Part shown: positions 22,419-33,525 of the stretch, in pieces
Position numbering within the stretch: position 1 is the stretch's first letter
Layout of the letters: each line of letters begins with the position of its first letter
NCBI RefSeq assembly: GCF_048403405.1
Contig: NZ_CP183129.1
Length of the DNA stretch: 64,000 bases
Source: Escherichia coli
GTDB taxonomy: Bacteria > Pseudomonadota > Gammaproteobacteria > Enterobacterales > Enterobacteriaceae
Strand: one strand, 5' to 3'
The notes under the pieces: generated by a model
Database searches by the model: none
The model's input: only the letters and a program-made list of their open reading frames with translations
Told to the model about the DNA's origin: nothing
Program-made: the position numbers and the translations under genes

Positions 22419-22814
22419 TCACATCTCGTATGTAATGGAATAAGTCAGATCTGCAGAACTCCATAACGCCATATCGTCATCACGACGATACTCATAGCCC
22501 TGCGTAACCATCGTGGTAATCAGTCCTGCCAGTGCCGGGATCGCGGTCATCGCCGGGTAAATCCGGCTTTCCATCCACTGATCAAGCTCTGAATCCGGTA
22601 CCTGTGCCGGTAAAAACACCTCAATATGCAGCGTGGCCCGCCAGGTATCTGCATCCAGCTCTTCACCGGTATACTCTGCATCCGTCAGATAAACCGCGAT
22701 CGCAGGAAAATCCTCTTCGTCAAAAACAACGGGGCGACCATCAAACAGCGTCGCCCCGTGTTCATGCTGCTCGAGTGCATCCAGCACTGCGGCACGAATG
22801 TCAGTGTGTTTCAT
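22419..22814 (-). CDS. U: Tail terminator protein U
   Basis: 131 aa [28 protein letters not shown]... Confidence 0.9.
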   Translation of the reverse strand: MKHTDIRAAVLDALEQHEHGATLFDGRPVVFDEEDFPAIAVYLTDAEYTGEELDADTWRATLHIEVFLPAQVPDSELDQWMESRIYPAMTAIPALAGLITTMVTQGYEYRRDDDMALWSSADLTYSITYEM

Positions 22815-23386
22815 CGTTTTATCGCAATCCTCAGTTGTTGTTTCAGCGCGTATGCCAGTTCTTTAGGCAGGCGTTCACGCCGGATACGGTCAACATTCTC
22901 ATCAAATGCCTGTTTCAGTGGGGCCGCCATCGGGATTTTCACCACCTGAATGGGAAGGCGATTACGCTTTTTCCTTCCCTTGTCGTCATTGCCCTCCTCA
23001 TATCTGGCCTGAGGAAGACGTTGCATAACATGCCAGCGCCCATTATTTAATCGCTGGATAAATGCCCGCTGATAACGATGCTGACCGGCTTTGAGTATGC
23101 TGTCCGGACGACGCCCCAGCATTCTGATCCCCAGCTTAATCACAGGGAGATCACCGCGGTTAACGATAATTCTGGCATTCGGATTTCTGACCGTCGCCCG
23201 TTTCAGTCTGGACCGTTCCTTAACCAGTTTCCGGCGAACCTTTGTCTCCCGGGCAACCTGTGATGAAGACTGATTAATCGCCGTTGTGGCCACGCGGTTA
23301 ATGGCCATTGCTGAAGCCGCCGGAATGGCGTTTTTACGAACCCGGCTCAGATTGTCAATCGCCTGATCAAGCCCTTTTATCGCCAT
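22811..23386 (-). CDS. Z: Tail completion protein Z
   Basis: 191 aa MAIKGLDQAIDNLSRVRKNAIPAASAMAINR... Confidence 0.85.
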   Translation of the reverse strand: MAIKGLDQAIDNLSRVRKNAIPAASAMAINRVATTAINQSSSQVARETKVRRKLVKERSRLKRATVRNPNARIIVNRGDLPVIKLGIRMLGRRPDSILKAGQHRYQRAFIQRLNNGRWHVMQRLPQARYEEGNDDKGRKKRNRLPIQVVKIPMAAPLKQAFDENVDRIRRERLPKELAYALKQQLRIAIKR

Positions 23387-23401
23387 AATTTCACCCTGCG
23401 T

Positions 23402-23755
23402 TTATCGTCGCCGGTTAACTGCGGGTGGTTGACCACGGTTGAGCCAGAGATAACAGCTGCCCCCGTCATCCGGAGAAACACGATCCACCCAGAATATCTC
23501 ACCATTAATGGTCAGCGTGTCACCACGCCGCACGGCACGCACCGTATCCGTCCGCACAAATAATGACGGGCTGCTTCCTTCAATACGGACCCCGCCACCG
23601 GCAAACCCCAGCGACTCCGGATCGTCAAAAACCCCCTGAACTTCGCTGCCACACTGTGCCCCCGAGGTGAACTGCGCACAGAGCCCCATCACTTCAACGA
23701 TCGTACTGTCTACCCCGGCGAGGGCAGCATCAAAGGCATTCTGAAAATCACGCAT
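23402..23755 (-). CDS. FII: Head-tail connector protein FII
   Basis: 117 aa MRDFQNAFDAALAGVDSTIVEVMGLCAQF... Confidence 0.85.
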   Translation of the reverse strand: MRDFQNAFDAALAGVDSTIVEVMGLCAQFTSGAQCGSEVQGVFDDPESLGFAGGGVRIEGSSPSLFVRTDTVRAVRRGDTLTINGEIFWVDRVSPDDGGSCYLWLNRGQPPAVNRRR

Positions 23756-24131
23756 ATTCAGCCGTTCCGTGCTGTATCATGGCCGTTGCCAGTGATGATG
23801 GCACCAGAACACGCATACCCCGTAACGCCAGCTCAACGGGACGACCTGTCTCCGGGCAATACCCCATTACTTGCAGGCACTTCCGTACCCGGACGGCTTT
23901 AACATCATCCGGAGCATCCGTGTTGTTCAACTGCTCACCATCGTCTGTGTGATTTTGATCAGCCCCGCTCTCATCAGAGTGCATAATGCCCTCCGGGGAA
24001 ACAGCAAGCTCCTCTTCCCACTCAGACACACGTTGAGCAATATCCGCAGCACTCCCCGACATATCCGCCTCGCGCCCCAGCAGGCCAGCCAGTTGACGAA
24101 GACGATTCAGATTTTCTTCTTTTGTTGCCAT
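23748..24131 (-). CDS. FI: DNA packaging protein FI (start chosen at internal M; track ORF extends to 24179)
   Basis: MATKEENLNRLRQLAGLLGREADMSG...; position between E and FII. Confidence 0.7.
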   Translation of the reverse strand: MATKEENLNRLRQLAGLLGREADMSGSAADIAQRVSEWEEELAVSPEGIMHSDESGADQNHTDDGEQLNNTDAPDDVKAVRVRKCLQVMGYCPETGRPVELALRGMRVLVPSSLATAMIQHGTAEYA

Positions 24132-24182
24132 CTCAGCCTCCTGTGAAAAAAGACACGGGGGCATTTCGCCCCCGCTCACGGA

Positions 24183-25211
24183 TTATTTCACCTGTACCAC
24201 CACAAACTCATCCGGATCCGGCAGCACCATCAGCGGAGCGGACTGCGTCATGGTGAATTCACAGGACGGATCGCCCACGGTCAGCCAGTGTTTCGGGTAA
24301 CGGGAAGAAGCCACCACTCCTTCAGACAACGCCTGTGCATCCTTAATGGCACCATAGCAACGAATCCCCTCTGCCGCCGTATTCCCCAGCACCAGCATGC
24401 CCTCCGGCAGATAACGTTTTTCGGTACCGTCCTCTGCCACATAAGACGTTTTCGCCACCACAATGGCCAGATCGCCGTAATACCCCTTGAAGGACACCAC
24501 CGCCCCCAGGTCTTTCACTGCCGTTTCGAGTTGTGAATTTGAGCCGCGACGGGTATCCAGTTTTTCGCGGAACAGCTTAAAGCCATTCAGCAGACGCCAG
24601 ACCGTACCGTCCATAATGGCGATATTCACAAGGCCGCTGGCCTGATCGCAGTAGAGGTCAATATCATGCGTCGGATCAAACGTATCACGGTCCTGCTCAG
24701 ACCATTTTTTACCGTCAGCCTGCTCAATGTTATTTCCTTCAGAGCGCCCAAAATCCACCTCGACAGTATCAAACTGATCCCCTTCCATGGTGTATTTGCC
24801 ATACAGCACGGCATTCACCGCCTGCATTTCTTCCACCTGGACAATGGCGTGCTCTTCCTGTTTGAGGTTATCGGTAATGATACGCAGACGACGGTAGGCC
24901 GGGTCGTTCAGCTGAGCCGGATCTTCACCAGGAAGGCGCTCAACCGCCTGCTGGTAATTAAATTCGTGTTTGGGCTTGACGTAGCCCGGACGTAACACGC
25001 GGGTTTCACCACCGCGATGGCGAAGCACTTTTCCTTCAACGATCGGGGAGACATAGGCCGCCACCGGCGTTTTTCCGGTAATTTTGTCCAGCATCACCTC
25101 TTCGGTGTGGAAATTCACCGTACGGCGGAAAAACAGCTCCAGAAACAGCGCACGGAATTTAACTTTTTGTTCGGTATAACCGAGTAACTGGCGGGTCGTA
25201 AACAATCCCAT
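24183..25211 (-). CDS. E: Major capsid protein E
   Basis: 342 aa; blocks VSPIV.G.V.R.RGG, PGYVKPKHE, QVEEMQAV, KLDTRRGSNS.LETAVKDLG, MTQSAPLMVLPDPDEFV match lambda gpE. Confidence 0.9.
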   Translation of the reverse strand: MGLFTTRQLLGYTEQKVKFRALFLELFFRRTVNFHTEEVMLDKITGKTPVAAYVSPIVEGKVLRHRGGETRVLRPGYVKPKHEFNYQQAVERLPGEDPAQLNDPAYRRLRIITDNLKQEEHAIVQVEEMQAVNAVLYGKYTMEGDQFDTVEVDFGRSEGNNIEQADGKKWSEQDRDTFDPTHDIDLYCDQASGLVNIAIMDGTVWRLLNGFKLFREKLDTRRGSNSQLETAVKDLGAVVSFKGYYGDLAIVVAKTSYVAEDGTEKRYLPEGMLVLGNTAAEGIRCYGAIKDAQALSEGVVASSRYPKHWLTVGDPSCEFTMTQSAPLMVLPDPDEFVVVQVK

Positions 25212-25268
25212 AAATCAGTTCCTTTCATTAAGAAATCAGTCAGGCCAACGCGGTGGCCTGATAACGTG

Positions 25269-25616
25269 TTACGGCAGCGCCGCGTGACTCAGGGCACTGC
25301 CGGTAAAGGCGTTGGCCTTTTTGTGTTCATCCACACTTTCAGGCCAGCGGATTGCCTCCGTCGCAAAGGTCCCCGACTTGTAATAGGTCAGCACCTCCTC
25401 TGTGCCTTCAAGCGGCAGTACCAGTATGCCAACCGCACTACCGGCTTTCTGTCCGTCCCAGACCACCAGTTTCCCGGTGGCCCCATCCAGCATCAGGGGT
25501 GTCAGTGCCGGTGTTGCCGAGGAAATCCCGCTGCTGCCTGTGGCGGTGTGAGCCGGATCATTACCGGCAAAAATACGTACTTCCGCACGCTGTTCAGTGA
25601 TGGTTTTCGTCACCAT
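25269..25616 (-). CDS. D: Head decoration protein D
   Basis: 115 aa MVTKTITEQRAEVRIFAGNDPAHTATGSSGISS... Confidence 0.85.
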   Translation of the reverse strand: MVTKTITEQRAEVRIFAGNDPAHTATGSSGISSATPALTPLMLDGATGKLVVWDGQKAGSAVGILVLPLEGTEEVLTYYKSGTFATEAIRWPESVDEHKKANAFTGSALSHAALP

Positions 25617-25652
25617 ATTGTTAAAACCTCGTATTGATGTTCAGCACTGACT

Positions 25653-27157
25653 TCATGGCATGGCCATGAGCATTTTCACGCCCGCATCACCGTCTTCTGA
25701 CGCCTGTGACACGCCCCCCTGGACCGCAGCCGGTGAATGGTTCGCCATGAAATGTTCAAACAGGGCGGTTGTGGATGCAGAGACCGGTTCTGCCTTACCT
25801 GATCCCGCAGCCAGCACAGCCCGGGCGCTCTCCACAGTCATTCCCGGGCAGGCAGCCAGCTGTTCAGCCTGCGCCTCAGCCCCTTTTGCCTCATCCAGTG
25901 CCATGATCTGATCACGGAGTGATGGTCCGGCATTCGCCTGCGGTGAAGCAGCCAGGATCGGGCGGGCTTTTTCCACCGTCATCTCCGGCATCGCCGCCAG
26001 CGTTGCCGCCAGTTGTTCACGACCGTTCGCTTCTTCACACGCCATAATGCGATCGGCTTCACTCTGTGCGGATGCCACCGGCTGCTGCGGTGCCGCCGCG
26101 GCCAGAATCGCCCGGGCCTGTTCAACGCTCATGCCCTGTTGCCCTGCCAGCATCGTGGCAAGCTGTTCACGTCCTTTCGCTTCCTGGCATGTCAGGATCC
26201 CCATCACTCGCTGGTTCTCCTGCACGGCGGCTTCCGTTGCAGTTAATTGCGGCATAGTGCCTCCTCTGACATTACTGTTCAGCGCCGTGGCCATCACACT
26301 GATGGCATCCGACGCATTGATTAATTCATCCGCCAGCCCGGCCTCAATGCCGGACTGACCTTCAAAAACGGCAGCCTCTGTTCCCGTGACCGCATCAACA
26401 GACAGACCGGTATACATCGCCACTTTTTCGGCAAACATCCGGCGCGCCACATCAATCCGCTGCTGCATGTCCTGGCGAACCTCTGCCGGCAACGCTTCAA
26501 ACTGATTGCCATCCACCTTGTGCGCTCCTGAGTAAATCAGCGTGATATCCACACCGGCCTGCGCCAGATGACCGGCATAGCTGACATGGCTCATCATCAC
26601 GCCAATGGAGCCGATACGGGATGTCTGGGTAACCAGCCGTCGGGAGCAGGCCGACGCCAGCAGCATGGCTGCAGAACAGGCCGTGTCATTACACAGTGCC
26701 CAGACCGGCTTCTGCTGCCGGAGGCGGTAAATCATGTCAGCGCAGTCAAACGCGCCGGCGGCCTGCCCGCCCGGACTGTCAATGTCCAGCAGTATGCCCC
26801 GCACCTGGCTATCTGCCATTGCCTGCTGAAGACAGGCGACAATGCCGTCATAGCCAGTCATTCCGGAAAATGGCCGCATCCCCCCAGCCGGTGCACCAGC
26901 GTGCCGGTCACCGGCAGTACCGCAATACCGTTCACCACCCGGTAAACACGGGCCGGTCGTTTACCTCCGGCCATGTACTCGTCCGTTTCAGCCAGCATCC
27001 CGGGAGCATCAAGCTGTACCTGCTGTTGCGGTACCGAAAGACTTGCTGCCCCCATCTCGCGCCCGAGCGCGCAAAAGAAAACCCGCGCATAGGCGGGCTC
27101 CAGAAGCAGCGGTTCATTGAATGCTGCGGCAATAATGTGTGAAAGATTACGTCTCAC
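25653..27157 (-). pseudogene. C: Prohead protease/scaffold C (with nested Nu3), frameshifted
   Basis: N-terminal 99 aa ORF (26858..27157) ...NEPLLLEPAYARVFFCAL...VNGIAVLPVTGTLVHRLGG then premature stop; rest in another frame (25653..26879) MRPFSGMTGYDGIVACLQQAMADSQVRGILLDIDSPGG...; the shift is at a C6 run at 26881-26886 (seven C would restore the frame). Confidence 0.75.
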
Positions 27158-28739
27158 GTGGTGTTGTCTCCTCTTCCGGCCTGCGACTCTCCGCTATCTG
27201 CTGCTGATACGCCTGCGCTATCCACACCGGACGTGAGAGTCCGGCTTTTTCCCGCTCTGCAGATTCCCTGACCTGCTGGCGGAAAATGTCCTGATAATCC
27301 TCGCCCATCAGCGCCAGCTCTTTCTCATACGTGCTCAGTCCGGCCTCAATGCGCATCACTGATTCCTGAACCTCCTTGAGCCCGTCAATGGCCATTCTTC
27401 CGGCTCCAATCCACTCAGCCCGTGACCAGGCTGATCGCGCCTGATAAAAATCAAAACGCGCCCGTGGCGGACGAATAATCCCCCGAAGAAGTGCCTCTTC
27501 CAGCCAGCAGGAAAACATCTGCGTGGCCAGCCGGGACGCAATAAATTTTCGCCGCCCCATAAAATAGCGCCACGACTCATTGGCGGATGCGCGGGCACTT
27601 GAATAACTGACCTTCGAGTAATCACGGGACAACTGTTCGTAGGAAACGCCAAGACCGGCGGCGATATACCGCAGCAGCGCCTGTTCAAGCGCCGAAAATC
27701 CATTGTCTGAATCCTGCGCGGTCTGAAGTTTCAGATCATCACCGGGGAAAAGGTGCGGAATTTTGACACCGCCCAGCGTCACGCTATTCGTGTCATACCA
27801 GGTGGAGAACTTCTCCAGAATATTAATAAGCGGATTATCCTTCTGCCCCTGCGGCGCACCGGCGATATATTCAAAGGCCTTTTCGGTATCAAGTTCACTT
27901 TCAATCGTCGCTGCATACATCGCCTTCACTATGGCCGACTGAAGCTGTGTTGCCTGCAGGGAATCGAGCATCTTCAGCCGTTCCATTACGCTGTAAAACT
28001 GATTGGCCCCACGGGTCTGCCCGTCCTCCACCGGCTCGAAAATATGCAGCATGGCCGGACGCCCGGTGGGAAGTTCACGCGGGATCCGTTCCCATCGTCC
28101 ACTCCCGGAGCGAGGAAAATCATCCTCACAGATATGGTACGCAACGGCACGACCATATCGATCGACCTCCACACCGGCCCGCAGAAAACGGTTCCCCATA
28201 CCGTGTCCTGGCGTGTCCACCCGTTTCGGACTCACGGCTTTAAAACGCGTACGAAACAGTTGCGTGCTCTCCGTATCCCAGACCGGCTGCACAAAGATTT
28301 CGCCGTTAAACGCATGAACGCCCACACCTTCACGGATAAATTCCGTGAACGTGCGTTTCCCTTCCATGTCGATCTCGCCAAACATCCCTTCGGCGTATTC
28401 CGACCAGGCCGCCTCCACCTCATCGACAAAACTTTTTGCCGCAGTCTCCCGCATCCCCAGCCAGCGCCAGTTCGGACGGTAGCTGATCAGAAACATATGC
28501 CCGACAATATGATCCTTATGCAGGGCCACCGCATTAGCCGCTATCCCGTTATTGCGCACCAGATCATCTGCCCGGGCATTCCCCAGACGCAACGCAGGCA
28601 GCAGGGCTGCATCGGCACTCTGCGCCGGTGGCAACCACTCCGCCATTTGCCCGCCAAATCCTGCGCCGCCCCCGTTGTAGCTGAGACTCTCACGAAGCGG
28701 AACGCCGTTCACATCAATCAGGACAGGCGTTCGTTTCAT
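27147..28739 (-). CDS. B: Portal protein B
   Basis: 530 aa MKRTPVLIDVNGVPLRESLSYNGGGAGFGGQMAEWLPP..., lambda gpB-like. Confidence 0.9.
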   Translation of the reverse strand: MKRTPVLIDVNGVPLRESLSYNGGGAGFGGQMAEWLPPAQSADAALLPALRLGNARADDLVRNNGIAANAVALHKDHIVGHMFLISYRPNWRWLGMRETAAKSFVDEVEAAWSEYAEGMFGEIDMEGKRTFTEFIREGVGVHAFNGEIFVQPVWDTESTQLFRTRFKAVSPKRVDTPGHGMGNRFLRAGVEVDRYGRAVAYHICEDDFPRSGSGRWERIPRELPTGRPAMLHIFEPVEDGQTRGANQFYSVMERLKMLDSLQATQLQSAIVKAMYAATIESELDTEKAFEYIAGAPQGQKDNPLINILEKFSTWYDTNSVTLGGVKIPHLFPGDDLKLQTAQDSDNGFSALEQALLRYIAAGLGVSYEQLSRDYSKVSYSSARASANESWRYFMGRRKFIASRLATQMFSCWLEEALLRGIIRPPRARFDFYQARSAWSRAEWIGAGRMAIDGLKEVQESVMRIEAGLSTYEKELALMGEDYQDIFRQQVRESAEREKAGLSRPVWIAQAYQQQIAESRRPEEETTPRET

Positions 28740-28942
28740 AACCTCACTCCCAGCGGACGACGGCGACGTCGGGTTGTCCCCAGTACCGACTCCGCATCAT
28801 TGATCGCCCGGTTAAGCTCATCCAGAGAAGCCGCCGTATATTCAATTCTGCGACCATCTTTCTGGACAGACACCACCCGTTTACCGGTTAATAAATCAAG
28901 GCGCGCCTGACGCAGCGCCTGCAGTTCAGCGACTGTAACCAT
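28736..28942 (-). CDS. W: Head-tail joining protein W
   Basis: 68 aa [51 protein letters not shown]... Confidence 0.85.
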   Translation of the reverse strand: MVTVAELQALRQARLDLLTGKRVVSVQKDGRRIEYTAASLDELNRAINDAESVLGTTRRRRRPLGVRL

Positions 28943-30854
28943 TCACTCCTCCGGACAGCTTCGCTGCCAGTTCTTTAAGGGTTGGCCGGGTCGTCTCTTC
29001 TTCCCGGGATTTTGCCAGTACAGCCAGATCAAGCTGCCAGCGTTGCACGGACACACGTAATGCCGCATAGGCATACACCAGGCAGTCCAGCGCTTCGTTA
29101 CGCCGCTTTTTGTTATCCCACAGCAGACGCATCTTTCCTTTTTCCCACTTCTCCACAAGCTCTTCCGCGACCAGTTGCTGCGCCTCTGTCTGCGAAAAAA
29201 TCTCCGGATCATCAGGAAAACGGATGGCATACGACGTGGCTTCATCCGCAGGAGTGGGATCGGCTTTCATACGGGCATAGAGAATTTCTTTTGCGGTGTC
29301 CGTCCCCACTTCACACAGATACACGCCCCGCTGATTGCGGGTTTTCGGCATGGTGATCACCGGCTTGCCATAGACAGATGCGCCTTTTACCGGCAGCACC
29401 CGGAAAACACCGTGTTTTTTTGACCTCTGATAGACAATTTCACCATCGATCCCCCCGGTGTCCCAGCAGACACGGGAAATGGTCATTTCGGTGCCATCTG
29501 CATGGCAGTATTTTTTGTTGATCGCCGCATCCACACGTAACAGCGTCTCTTCCTCATCGGGACGGCCCATAATGATGATTTTATCCACCAGAAAAGCTTC
29601 CTCTCCCGGTGCCCATCCCCAGACATACATCTCAAAACGGTTTCGCTGCGAGTCAATGCCCGCCGTCAGATAAACCACCCGGGCTGGCACCGCCGCCGTG
29701 TAATGCACGACCTTATCCATCAGTACCTGGTGATCGAGTTTTTCGCCCACGGCCTCTTCCCAGGTCTCGCCCAGCGTGGTGTTCACAAAGGTTTTCAGGC
29801 CGTTGGGATCTTTCAGTGCATCCAGCCAGTCATAGACTATCTGTACCCAGGTGGTGAACGGACTGTACGCCGTCCAGATATGGAACGTGATGGAGCGCGG
29901 CGGCGGAATTTCATTATCCGCGGCGCTGAAAAACGTCAGACCGTCACGGGTCCACATCCCCGTGTTTTCACAGATCCACCGCCCGTTGCTCTGGTCAAGC
30001 TCAGACTGATGGATCACGCAGCCATGATGTTCACAGAGGTAGAAAACGCTTTCGGGGCTGTCCTTCTCCCATTTAAGGCCAAAAGGCGTGGATTCATCGC
30101 CAAATTTCAGATACTGCTCCTCCCCACAGTGTGGGCAGGGCACATAAAAACGCATGAAATGCGCCGACTCGTTGGCCGCTTTTTCGATCTGGCAGGTGCC
30201 TTTGATTTTAGGCGTCGAGCCGCGAATGGATTTGGGCCATACAGAGCCCTCAATACGTTTATCCCCAAGCAGGGTTGGCGACCCCTCTTTTTCGACATCC
30301 GGTTCGAACGAGGAAAGTTCGTCATAGCAGACCACGTCCACGGATTTTTCACGGTAGTTTTTAGCGGCAGCCCCGCCCAGGCACCAGAAGCCCACGCCCG
30401 ATGAAAAACGTTTCAGCGTGAGGGTATTATCACGATGTTTACGCCCAAACCACGGTGCAAGATCGAGTAAAACCGGCACATCCCTGATCGTGGGTTCCAC
30501 ATGAGATTTCATAAAATCTTCAGCAGCAGAATCCGTGGGCTGGAAAAGAAGGCTGTTGCGTGATTTATGCTCAATAAAATAAGCCTCCACTCCCAGCAAC
30601 ATCTTTGTATAACCAACACGGGCAGATTTAATCAGATTAACAGTGCGGATCCGGTCATTCCCCATGCTGTTCATGATGGCAACCTGAAACGGCAGTGTTT
30701 CCCACCGCCCCGGGGTGTAAGATGACTCTTTCGGAAGGTAATAATGTCGATCTGCCCACTGAACTGTCGTCAGAGGGACAGGAATTTTTAGCGCAAGGAG
30801 GCCGGTTGCTATCGCTCCTGCAGAATTAGCCGCCCTCAGTTCGTCTGAAATCAT
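28926..30854 (-). CDS. A: Terminase large subunit A (start set at internal M near the Nu1 stop; track ORF extends to 30896)
   Basis: ...[58 protein letters not shown]... lambda gpA-like over the whole length. Confidence 0.9.
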   Translation of the reverse strand: MISDELRAANSAGAIATGLLALKIPVPLTTVQWADRHYYLPKESSYTPGRWETLPFQVAIMNSMGNDRIRTVNLIKSARVGYTKMLLGVEAYFIEHKSRNSLLFQPTDSAAEDFMKSHVEPTIRDVPVLLDLAPWFGRKHRDNTLTLKRFSSGVGFWCLGGAAAKNYREKSVDVVCYDELSSFEPDVEKEGSPTLLGDKRIEGSVWPKSIRGSTPKIKGTCQIEKAANESAHFMRFYVPCPHCGEEQYLKFGDESTPFGLKWEKDSPESVFYLCEHHGCVIHQSELDQSNGRWICENTGMWTRDGLTFFSAADNEIPPPRSITFHIWTAYSPFTTWVQIVYDWLDALKDPNGLKTFVNTTLGETWEEAVGEKLDHQVLMDKVVHYTAAVPARVVYLTAGIDSQRNRFEMYVWGWAPGEEAFLVDKIIIMGRPDEEETLLRVDAAINKKYCHADGTEMTISRVCWDTGGIDGEIVYQRSKKHGVFRVLPVKGASVYGKPVITMPKTRNQRGVYLCEVGTDTAKEILYARMKADPTPADEATSYAIRFPDDPEIFSQTEAQQLVAEELVEKWEKGKMRLLWDNKKRRNEALDCLVYAYAALRVSVQRWQLDLAVLAKSREEETTRPTLKELAAKLSGGVNGYSR

Positions 30855-31374
30855 CAATCCACCTGCGCACATTCTCACCGGCTTCAGAAGCCACATCGGA
30901 TGCTTTCGCGATTTCAGTTTTCACAGCATCAAGATGTACGGGTGATATATCAGGGTATTTACGCTGCAGTGTCTGAGGGACACGGACAAGGATCCCTGAT
31001 ATATTCTGTGCCACTCGCTGAAAGATGTAGGTAAATAACTCCGTCTCGAGGACAAGGCCTTCCTCACGAGCATTTTTCAGCTCCTGTGCATCGGCCTGTG
31101 CCTTCGTCAGTCGGTAACGTTCGTAATCAATGGTGCAGGGCTGAAGGTCTGATTCGCTGGCAGCCCTCAAATCCTCGATCTCTTTACGGAGTTTTTCGTT
31201 TTCAATATCAGCTTCCCTCTGCGCATACCACTGAATGGCAGCAGTTGTATCAAAAACTGATTCAGTCCCTTTCCCTCCACCAGAAACTAGTGGTAACCCC
31301 TGACTCTGCCAGGCGGTGATGGTCCTGACATCAACGCCAAAAATATCGGCCAGTTTTTTCTTATTGACGTTCAT
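30826..31374 (-). CDS. nu1: Terminase small subunit Nu1
   Basis: 182 aa [36 protein letters not shown]..., lambda Nu1-like winged HTH. Confidence 0.9.
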   Translation of the reverse strand: MNVNKKKLADIFGVDVRTITAWQSQGLPLVSGGGKGTESVFDTTAAIQWYAQREADIENEKLRKEIEDLRAASESDLQPCTIDYERYRLTKAQADAQELKNAREEGLVLETELFTYIFQRVAQNISGILVRVPQTLQRKYPDISPVHLDAVKTEIAKASDVASEAGENVRRWIDDFRRTEGG

Positions 31375-31543
31375 ACACTCCCCCGGGAACCAGAAAGGAT
31401 CTGAAAATGGCGTTTTCTAACAAAAACAGCCTTTGTCAGATCCTTTTATATTTTTAAAATTCTATTGATAATCAATCAGTTAAAAAGAAGAAGAACGGAT
31501 CTGATTTTTCCCTAAAAATTTTCATAAATAGCGAAAACCCGCG

Positions 31544-31555
31544 AGGTCGCCGCCC
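31544..31555 (-). promoter_or_regulatory. cosN cohesive-end site (GGGCGGCGACCT on the late strand)
   Basis: + strand aggtcgccgccc = reverse complement of the lambda 12-nt cohesive end, about 190 bp upstream of Nu1. Confidence 0.85.
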
Positions 31556-31761
31556 CGTAACCGGTCGGATCGCCGGAAAGGACCCACGAAATGATAATTA
31601 TTATCATCTATATAAGGTTTATCACAACATGTGTGTACGCCATCAAACCACGAGAAATAATCAATTATGACGCAGGTATCGTATTAATTGATCTGCGTCA
31701 AATTAACGTAAAAGCAACTTCAGATAATACAAATCAGCAACACTGAATATGGGGAAACATT

Positions 31762-31947
31762 ATGTCATCAAAGAACAGAACCCGCAGAACAACAACCCGC
31801 AACATCCGATTTCCAAACCAGATGATTGAACAAATTAACATCGCTCTTGATCTGAAAGGTTCAGGAAACTTTTCAGCGTGGGTTATTGAAGCCTGCAGAA
31901 GAAGGCTGTCAACAGAGAGTTCGGGTATGAATTACATAATTAAGTAA
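31762..31947 (+). CDS. Small DNA-binding-like protein (YlcI/YnfO, DUF3950-like)
   Basis: 61 aa MSSKNRTRRTTTRNIRFPNQMIEQINIALDLKGSGNFSAWVIEACRRRL...; family call from memory of prophage homologs. Confidence 0.5.
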   Translation: MSSKNRTRRTTTRNIRFPNQMIEQINIALDLKGSGNFSAWVIEACRRRLSTESSGMNYIIK

Positions 31948-32570
31948 CATGGTGTTCACAGAACACGCAGTTACCGGACACATCAGTTTTCCATTCGCTC
32001 CCTGGCAGTACAGGCTTCCCCTCTGACGGGATAGCCTGAAAAAATAACACAGAAAATTATTTGTTATAATTAATATAACTTACTCAAAAAAAAGCGACGA
32101 GAAAATCAGCATCAACGAACAATAAGCGCCAATACGTGATAACAAATGGCAGCCATATTTATCTGCAGTATAAGCAATGGACAGGATAACCACTCCAGAA
32201 ACCGTCAGCATAAAATCCATTTGAACTTCCCCGGACAAAATCGACTCATCTAAAGATTTACAGCTCTTTTTATTATCAATATGTTAAAAGTAAAATAAAC
32301 AGATGTTCAATAACACGAATACAAAAACGTGCTGAAATTCAATGAATCCATTTCTGTGTCATCAATTAATAGTGATAAACATCCGGCTTCTTCCACCATC
32401 GCACCGGACAGGCGACTATGAGGGGACAACGCCGCGCTCCGTTAACGCGGTAAACCCCGGTGTGTGTCGTTTTTGATTATCCCCGCACACTCGCGCAGAG
32501 GAGTCTCCCTGTCGGGCTGCGGTCTCTGTTAATGCGGGGATACGGCGACAATACCGCGCATCAGCAAAAC

Positions 32571-33044
32571 CTATTTCAGGCACTGAGTGCGGATATAGTC
32601 CTGCGCCCCTTCCAGCTGCTTCTGCATCAGCATCAACCGTTCTCTGAGAGTGAAATAATCCCGTTCAGCGGTGTCTGCCAGTTGGGGGCCGGTTGTATTA
32701 TCCACGCGGGCGGTGCCGGTGGCTTCACGCACGGGACCTGGACAGGTGGCGTTGATACGCAGGCGCTTACGACCAGCGGCAACGTCAGCGCGAAGAGTTT
32801 CATTTTCAGCTCTCGCATCGGCTAATTCCCTCGAGTATTTTGCATCGAGCGCAGCAACATCGCGCTGGCGCACCTGCATATCAGTAATGGTTGCGTTCGC
32901 CAGCTTCAGTTCACTGGCTTTGTTATCGCGCTGCGCTTTGTAGGTAATCGCGTTATCACGGTAATGGTCTGTTGCCATCCACAGCGCTCCACAGGCCACC
33001 AGCAGAATAACGATAAACGCGGAAAGCATTCGGTTTATGTTCAC
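32571..33044 (-). CDS. Rz: Spanin inner-membrane subunit Rz
   Basis: 157 aa; ...[45 protein letters not shown]...[15 protein letters not shown]... lambda Rz-like. Confidence 0.9.
   Translation of the reverse strand: MNINRMLSAFIVILLVACGALWMATDHYRDNAITYKAQRDNKASELKLANATITDMQVRQRDVAALDAKYSRELADARAENETLRADVAAGRKRLRINATCPGPVREATGTARVDNTTGPQLADTAERDYFTLRERLMLMQKQLEGAQDYIRTQCLK
32633..32818 (-). CDS. Rz1: Spanin outer-membrane lipoprotein Rz1 (nested in Rz, +1 frame)
   Basis: 61 aa [61 protein letters not shown]; lipobox LVVSAC, Pro-rich. Confidence 0.85.
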   Translation of the reverse strand: MRELKMKLFALTLPLVVSACVSTPPVQVPCVKPPAPPAWIIQPAPNWQTPLNGIISLSENG

Positions 33045-33172
33045 CCCAGCAGCCCCGACGAAGACAACATCATCCAGGCCATGGAAAGAAAAAGAGCAAC
33101 CAGCATTAGTGAAAATGAAATGCCGACAATTACACAGAGGATCTTCGCCAGCGTTATGAGTTTGTCTGACAT
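33041..33172 (-). CDS. Small membrane protein (43 aa) coupled to the Rz start
   Basis: [52 protein letters not shown]; single TM helix. Confidence 0.5.
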   Translation of the reverse strand: MSDKLITLAKILCVIVGISFSLMLVALFLSMAWMMLSSSGLLG

Positions 33173-33186
33173 GCTTAATCCTCCCT

Positions 33187-33369
33187 TCACGATTTCAACG
33201 CAATGACCAGTTTTGCCAGCCCATACAGCATCGGGGACACAGCAACACCGACCGCCACCCACTTAATGGCAAAAGCCAGTGCTCTGCTGATGTCATCAGT
33301 TACAGGCGCTTTCAGTTCAAGGCCGTTTTTCATAGTCAACCTCAACAGAATTCGTTTATACTTTTCCAT
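33187..33369 (-). CDS. Small membrane protein (~60 aa)
   Basis: [70 protein letters not shown]-terminal TM helix. Confidence 0.5.
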   Translation of the reverse strand: MEKYKRILLRLTMKNGLELKAPVTDDISRALAFAIKWVAVGVAVSPMLYGLAKLVIALKS

Positions 33370-33402
33370 GTTCTCCCTTGCCTTATCCAAGGTCAGAAAC
33401 AC

Positions 33403-33437
33403 AAAACCCCGCTTGCAGCCAACAAACGGGGTTTTTA
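33403..33437. terminator. Bidirectional-looking intrinsic terminator between endolysin and downstream small genes
   Basis: aaaaccccg...cggggttttt with flanking A and T runs. Confidence 0.55.
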
Positions 33438-33525
33438 CTTTTATTCACTTAGGTTTTGCCAGTTCTCAGGATTTCGTGTTATCCGTCCGCATTAGCCAAC
33501 GTCATTTTTCAACAAAATATTCTGC

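Noticed and set aside
27753-28910. 385 aa + strand ORF antisense to portal gene B
   Set aside because: Completely overlaps the lambda-like portal gene on the opposite strand; no independent support
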